Part shown: positions 58,442 through 64,000 of the stretch, piece by piece | Numbering within the stretch: position 1 is the first letter of the stretch | Layout: each line of letters begins with the position of its first letter | Origin: an uncultured delta proteobacterium | Lineage (GTDB): Bacteria; Myxococcota_A; Polyangia; Polyangiales; Houyiibacteriaceae | Length of the DNA stretch: 64,000 nt | Direction: 5' to 3' | NCBI GenBank assembly: GCA_963699755.1 | Contig: CAVOVB010000002.1 | Coordinates: forward strand, 1 to 64,000 | Translations under genes and position numbers: made by a program | The notes under the pieces: model-generated | What the model was told of the DNA's origin: nothing | The model's input: the letters and a program-made list of their open reading frames with translations, nothing else | The model's database searches: none

Positions 58442-59515
58442 ATGACTCAGTGCATGATCGCCAGTCGAAACAATCTGAGCCGTGTCGTCCTAGTCTTTGC
58501 GATGGCGCTGGTCTCGCCGGCTACTGCTTCCCCGTTGGAGGATGCCCTTGGCCCGGCCCCCCGGGAGGGTGACGGTCGGTTCATGAACTTCGCAGGGCCA
58601 ATGCCCGAGGTAAGCACCTCGGTCACACTCCCCTTCTTCGTCCGACGCATCGCGAGCTCTTTTTCAGAGCTCCCGAGTGTGCTCGATCGGGTCGCCAACG
58701 ATGGTGCCTGGCTTCGCGAGAATGCGAAGCACAGCGAGCCCACGGTCACATGGGTTGGTCACGCGACGCTCCTGGTTCAGATGGGCCACCTCACCTTCCT
58801 CACAGACCCGATCTGGTCGGATCGGGCAAGTCCGTTCTCCTTCGCGGGGCCGCAACGGATCGTGGAGCCAGGGGTCGCGATCGATGATCTTCCGCCGATC
58901 GACTTCGTGGTGATTTCGCACAATCACTACGACCACCTCGACCTTACGACCCTAGTGGCATTGGCAGAGCGGGATCCGAACACGCGATTTTTCGTTCCAC
59001 TCGAGAACGGCGACCTCCTTCGCGAGAACGGGATCGAAAATGTCGAAGAGCTCGACTGGGGCCAGCATGCCGAGCACGAAGGGGTACGCGTCTACTGCCT
59101 GCCCGCGCAGCACTGGAGCAAGCGAGGCATTGGCGACGACCGCGAGGCGCTCTGGTCGTCCTGGGCGGTGGTCGGTGCGGAGCGACGGTTCTTCTTCGCT
59201 GGGGATACCGGCTACTTCGACGGGTTCGCCCGCATCGCCAAGGCGCTCGGCCCGTTCGACCTCGCAGCCGTTCCGATCGGCGCCTATGAGCCGACTGAGA
59301 TGATGAAGGCTTCACACATGAATCCCGAAGAGGCAGTTCAAGCGGCCATCGACCTTCGGGCTCGCGCAGCCGTCGGGATGCACTATGGAACGTTCAAGCT
59401 CTCCGATGAGCCGCTGGACGAGCCGCCCACGCGCTTCAACAAAGCGGCGTCCGAGGGGGCTCTCGGAGACGAAGCCGCGTGGTTGCTCCGGATCGGCGAA
59501 ACCCGCGCCTTCTGA
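58442..59515 (+). CDS. MBL-fold hydrolase (NAPE-PLD/RomA-like)
   Basis: WVGHAT, LTDPIWS, SHNHYDHLD, PAQHWS, GDTGY. Confidence 0.88.
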   Translation: MTQCMIASRNNLSRVVLVFAMALVSPATASPLEDALGPAPREGDGRFMNFAGPMPEVSTSVTLPFFVRRIASSFSELPSVLDRVANDGAWLRENAKHSEPTVTWVGHATLLVQMGHLTFLTDPIWSDRASPFSFAGPQRIVEPGVAIDDLPPIDFVVISHNHYDHLDLTTLVALAERDPNTRFFVPLENGDLLRENGIENVEELDWGQHAEHEGVRVYCLPAQHWSKRGIGDDREALWSSWAVVGAERRFFFAGDTGYFDGFARIAKALGPFDLAAVPIGAYEPTEMMKASHMNPEEAVQAAIDLRARAAVGMHYGTFKLSDEPLDEPPTRFNKAASEGALGDEAAWLLRIGETRAF

Positions 59516-59532
59516 AGCGGCTGAATCGAACA

Positions 59533-60446
59533 TCAGGCCGGCGCGGGCCCCAGGGCGCCGCCGCCCGAGATCATCCGGCGAAGGATCGCAGATGGAGCAA
59601 TTCGATGCTGCTCGAAGGCGCGCATGACCCTCAGGTTTACGTCGGTCTCGAAGGCCTTTTCGTATTGTGTGTCGAGCACATAGGCCTCGAGCCAGAGCCG
59701 CACCGCGACGTATTTGTCTTGGATGACTTGGTTGACGAGCACGACGACGGGTTTGGGAAGATGGACGAAACGGCTCGTGAGCCCTGCCTCGGTCACGATG
59801 TCACGCGCCTTGGTGACGTCTTGGTCGAGCCCGATGTAGAAGTCCATGACTACCTGCATGTCGAGGGCGCCGTAGTTTCCGCATGACGTCATGTCGGTCA
59901 GGAATTTGTTGTTGGGGATGGTCACCGTGTTGTCATCCAATGTCTGGAGCCGCACCGATCGAAGCCCGATCGCGGTGATGTCTCCGTACTCTCCACCAAA
60001 CGCCACCCGGTCCCCAACCTGGAACGGCTGGTCGATCATGATCATGATGCCTGCGATGAATGAAGCGACCAGGTCGCGAACGGCGAAGCCCACGGCGACC
60101 GCCGCTGTGCCACCGAGCAAGGTGAGCACCTTCGCGTCCAGGTGGATGCTCAGCGCTACGATGGTACCGATGTAGACGAAGAACTGGACGATCGTGCCGA
60201 CCTTCTGGAAGAGCATCCGACGAGCCGTGAACTGGTCTCCTAGGTTTTCGATGAAGTTGTTGAAGAAACGAAGGCCGATCCAGATCCCGATGATGGTGAA
60301 GACCGAAGTGACAACTCCGCCCCAGCGAATCGCTTGGCTGATCTGCGAAATCGCTTCCTCGTCGCTCGGCTCCTGCGCTACAGCCAGCGCAGGGCTGAGC
60401 CACTGGCCAAAGAGCACTGCGGATAGAACGATTTGTGTGCTTTCAT
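59533..60446 (-). CDS. MscS-family mechanosensitive channel, probably 5'-frameshifted
   Basis: PFQVGDRV..GEYGDITAIGLRS, IPNNKF; likely ATG at 60446 is out of frame with the main ORF. Confidence 0.75.
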
Positions 60447-60456
60447 GTCGAAGACC

Positions 60457-62543
60457 TCAGAGCAGCAACAGGTGCTTTCTGCGAAGGATGCTGATGATCG
60501 CGCTATACCAATGAAGGTCGATCTCGAAAAGATGCCCGTTCCCGTCGATGTAGCCGTGGACGCGTGTTGCACGTAGGGCGTCTGCAACTTCCGCCGGGCT
60601 CAGGTCCGTGCAGCTCACCAGATCTTCCTCGACCGCCAGGTCCAACTGAACGACCGTGCGTAAGACGAAGTAGAAGGTCGCGGGCAGATCCTCGAGCTGG
60701 CCCGCGGTCGGTCCCGAGAAGAGCCGCACGTAGATCGTCTGACCGTCAGGGCGTCGATACAAGGAATCTCTCCAGGACTGTAGCGCGACCTCTGGATTGC
60801 CTTCTGAATAGTCCCGGAGAATGCGGTAGAAGTCCCGCTTCGTACGCTTTTCCTCGGAGACCGGGGAGGTCCGCACCTGGCGCGGGACCACTAGGCGCTC
60901 GAAGCTCGGCACGACTCCTGCGGCCGCGGTGCGCAGCTCAATCAGCGAGGCTGATTTGACTTTCTTGCCAAGAGCGCACGCATCGCGTGCACGCTCTCAG
61001 ACATGTAGGAAGTGAGAAGCTCGGGAGGCGCCTGCGGATCGGATGCGAGGGCCTCGTACAGCTCCGGAGGGATGGGCGCGGTCCCGTGCTCCGCAGGTGT
61101 GGCGGTCGTTTTTTTCGACGCCGCGTCGAAACAAGTACGCGAAGATCCGCCCGAGGGGCGCAAGGTCGCTCACCCGACGAAAGATGAAGCCGGGAACACC
61201 TTCGATCAGAAGATAAACGCCGCCGACCGCTGCCGCGGGGTAGACGAGCAGCCCATGGTCGTGCCGCGCTACTCACTGCAGCACGCGAGAAGCATCACGA
61301 CCTTTCATGCGCTCGAAGATCGTGTCCTTCCACCAGACGACTAGCACCAGAAACACGGATACTGCGAGAAACCAAGACGTGCTGATGACCCAGGCGTAGA
61401 TTGCGCCCTTGCCGACGGTGGCGACCGTCAGCGACAGAATCAACCCGATCGCCACGACGCCCATGCCGACCAAGCGCAGCGAGCGAAAGCGCAATCTGGA
61501 CGACGATCCACTCGAGAAACCCTGACGACTGGCTGTCGCGTCGATCCACTCGACGACGAACGCACCTGCCAAGAGCCACACAACGAGCACCGGAAGCATG
61601 AGCTGAAATGAGATGAAGACCGCTGGTCCAGGCGCAGATTGGAGCTGGCGATACTGCCGAGCTGCTTCCCGCGGCACCGCGAGCAAGTGGTAGCGGACCT
61701 CGAGGATGATCTGGTCGAGCTCGCGTTTCACCTGCGCGACCCCTTCGGGTTGAAAGCCCTCGAGGCTGTCGCGCCGGGACTCGCCGAGCATCTCGAAAAG
61801 GGAAGTCGGGCCTTGTTCATGATGACGATCGCATCGCGAAGGGCTTTGTCTCGATCCCACCTAAGCTCAGCCTCGCGCGCCTGGAGCTCGCGCGCAGATC
61901 TGGTGAGTGAAGCTCGGAGCGCGCGTGTGGCGCCGTCATCGATGTCGGCGGGAAGCTGATCGGGATCGGCATTGGAAGGCAGGGTGACAGCAGTCGGCTC
62001 GGATCTCAGGGCATCGAGGGCTACGCTCAGATCGCGGCGGGCGTCAACGAGATCCTTCGTGAGCCCCTGGTAGAGGTCGTCGGCTTTGTTTGCTCTCGCC
62101 TCTCCGGCCGGCATGCCGCTCTGCAACTCTCTACCCCTTCGGTTCCATGCGAGCGCGGACTCGGTCGTCGTCTCGACCTCTATCCGACTGCTCGCGAGGT
62201 CTGCTTTGAATCGGGCTTGCGCCTCCTTGACGCTCAAGACTTGAGCACGCCGATCCGCGATCAGTCGCAGTGACTCGGTCTTGGCCTGCCGCAAGTCGGC
62301 GAGCGCTGCCTCACGTTCCAATGCGGCGTCCTTGGCCGCTTGCTCGGCTCCACTGATCTGTACCGCCAGCGCTTCGGAGGGTTCAGCGCTGCCTCGCGCA
62401 TGCTTTGACAAGAGGCGGTCACGGTCCGAGTCGTCGAGCTCTTGCGGGACGGCTGGTGCTTGGGCTTCGGCAGAGGCCGCCGAGCAGCAAGCCACCAGCG
62501 TCAGCCTGAGCCAGAGCCGGTCGCTGGAACTGGTCATTGGCAT
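60457..62543 (-). pseudogene. Fragmented large coiled-coil/membrane protein upstream of MscS
   Basis: Signal peptide, coiled coil, TM and C-terminal pieces spread over at least four minus-strand ORFs. Confidence 0.6.
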
Positions 62544-62713
62544 CCGATCAGGCGCGAGTATAGGCGCCGCCGGACCTTGAAGTGGCGAAGATTTCGAGCC
62601 CCGATCCAACGGCGTCTCGAGATGAAATCTGCGTCGGCAGGGGCCAGGTTGCCTTTCGTAGACCGGGCATGCGCTCGAAACCGAAGAGCGGAAAGCGATG
62701 AGACGAACTTGAC

Positions 62714-63934
62714 ATGGCCAAGACGGCGACGTCAGATGAGTATGCGGAACACAAGGAGAGTCCCATCGCCAAAAAGGCACATCGAAAGCGGAAACGCGCG
62801 GCTTTGCGCAGACGGAGGCCGCAGACCCTCGGCTTGGCCCCCGGGAGCATCACCCCCGTGCCGGGTATGCCACCTGCGATCATTCGCGTCATTTCCTACG
62901 ACGCGAATCTGGTCGAGGAGGATTCGATCGAGCACGTTTCCGATCTGCAAGCGATTCACGACAGCAAGTTAGGCGTCAGTTGGATCAACATCGATGGCAT
63001 CGGCGACCCGGACACCCTGTCTGAGCTCGGCAAGCTGTTTGGTCTTCACGTGCTTGCGTTGGAAGACGTGGTGAACCTTCATCAGAGGCCGAAATTCGAG
63101 GACTACGGCGACACCGACTTCATCGTGCTGCGTATGCCATCACTGAGTCCACACCTCGACCTCGAGCAATTGAGCATGTTCGTCTGCGATGGATTCGTGA
63201 TCACCATTCAGGAGAGGTCTGGGGACTGCTTCGATGGCCTGCGCGACCGGATCAGGAATGGGAAGGGGAGAATCCGACAGCGTGGGAGCGCCTATTTAGC
63301 GTACACCGTGCTCGATGCAGTCGTCGAGACCTTCTACCCCGTGGTCGAGAGCTATACCGACCAGCTGGAAGAAATCGAAAGCAGAGTGCTAGCGAACGAA
63401 ACCGAAAATATCGTCGCCGCGATTCACGCCGTTCGTCACGATTTGCGAGCCCTGCGTCGCGCGGTCGTTCCAACCCGTGAGGTCCTGAGCGCCATGGCCC
63501 GGGCCGACGCCAGTGACCCACAAGGGGATACCCATATCTTCCTCCGAGACTGTCATGATCACACGGTACAGCTGATGGAGGCCCTCGACACGAATCGAGA
63601 GCTCGCCTCGAGTCTCATGGACCTGCATCTCTCTAACATGAGCATGCGAATGAATGAAGTGATGAAGGTCTTGACCATCATCGCAACGATTTTCATGCCG
63701 CTTGGCTTCATCGCGGGGCTCTATGGAATGAACTTCGACGGTCACCTCTCGCCCTGGAACATGCCGGAGCTCCGATGGCGCTACGGCTATTTCTTCGCAC
63801 TCGGCGCGATGGGGCTCACCGCAATCGGGCTCGTATGGTTCTTTCGGTCCAAGGGCTGGCTTGGGGAAGTCGACCATGGGTCCAACCAAGAGAGCGAGGC
63901 TGAGCGAGATCCCCCCGACGCTGGCCCCACGTAG
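62714..63934 (+). CDS. corA: Magnesium/cobalt transporter CorA
   Basis: HQRPKFE, MNEVMKVLTII, GLYGMNF, MPEL. Confidence 0.95.
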   Translation: MAKTATSDEYAEHKESPIAKKAHRKRKRAALRRRRPQTLGLAPGSITPVPGMPPAIIRVISYDANLVEEDSIEHVSDLQAIHDSKLGVSWINIDGIGDPDTLSELGKLFGLHVLALEDVVNLHQRPKFEDYGDTDFIVLRMPSLSPHLDLEQLSMFVCDGFVITIQERSGDCFDGLRDRIRNGKGRIRQRGSAYLAYTVLDAVVETFYPVVESYTDQLEEIESRVLANETENIVAAIHAVRHDLRALRRAVVPTREVLSAMARADASDPQGDTHIFLRDCHDHTVQLMEALDTNRELASSLMDLHLSNMSMRMNEVMKVLTIIATIFMPLGFIAGLYGMNFDGHLSPWNMPELRWRYGYFFALGAMGLTAIGLVWFFRSKGWLGEVDHGSNQESEAERDPPDAGPT

Positions 63935-64000
63935 CACGAGATTGGCAATGGCTCGCCCCCAGCCCCGGTTCGTCGTTCGCCTTGCTCGATAGAACCCGGT

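Overview
GC-rich bacterial DNA, most likely Myxococcota (MYXO-CTERM tail, many Cys-rich lipoproteins, ECF-sigma/FecR-TPR cluster). The first ~35-46 kb is an accessory hot spot. It is punctuated by six clear (plus one degenerate) same-orientation copies of a tmRNA-like 3' end (GGTTCGATTCCCACCGCCTCCACCA). Each clear copy sits in a conserved attachment-site arm of one of two families. Four are directly preceded by a MenAT-like nucleotidyltransferase/small-helical-protein pair (one toxin deleted), and two are followed by tyrosine-integrase C-terminal stubs. No intact integrase or full ssrA is visible. The 3-12 kb segments between cores carry unrelated cargo, so the region reads as a tandem array of integrase-less tmRNA-targeting mini-islands. 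It also holds two IS3 elements, internally deleted TGT...ACA DDE elements, an IS110 remnant lodged in an att arm repeat, and many pseudogenes. The right part holds Cys-rich lipoproteins, a multicopper oxidase, two sulfatases, a MacAB-type transporter, ADH, an MBL hydrolase, a decayed MscS locus and corA. All calls come from reading motifs by eye; no searches were run.
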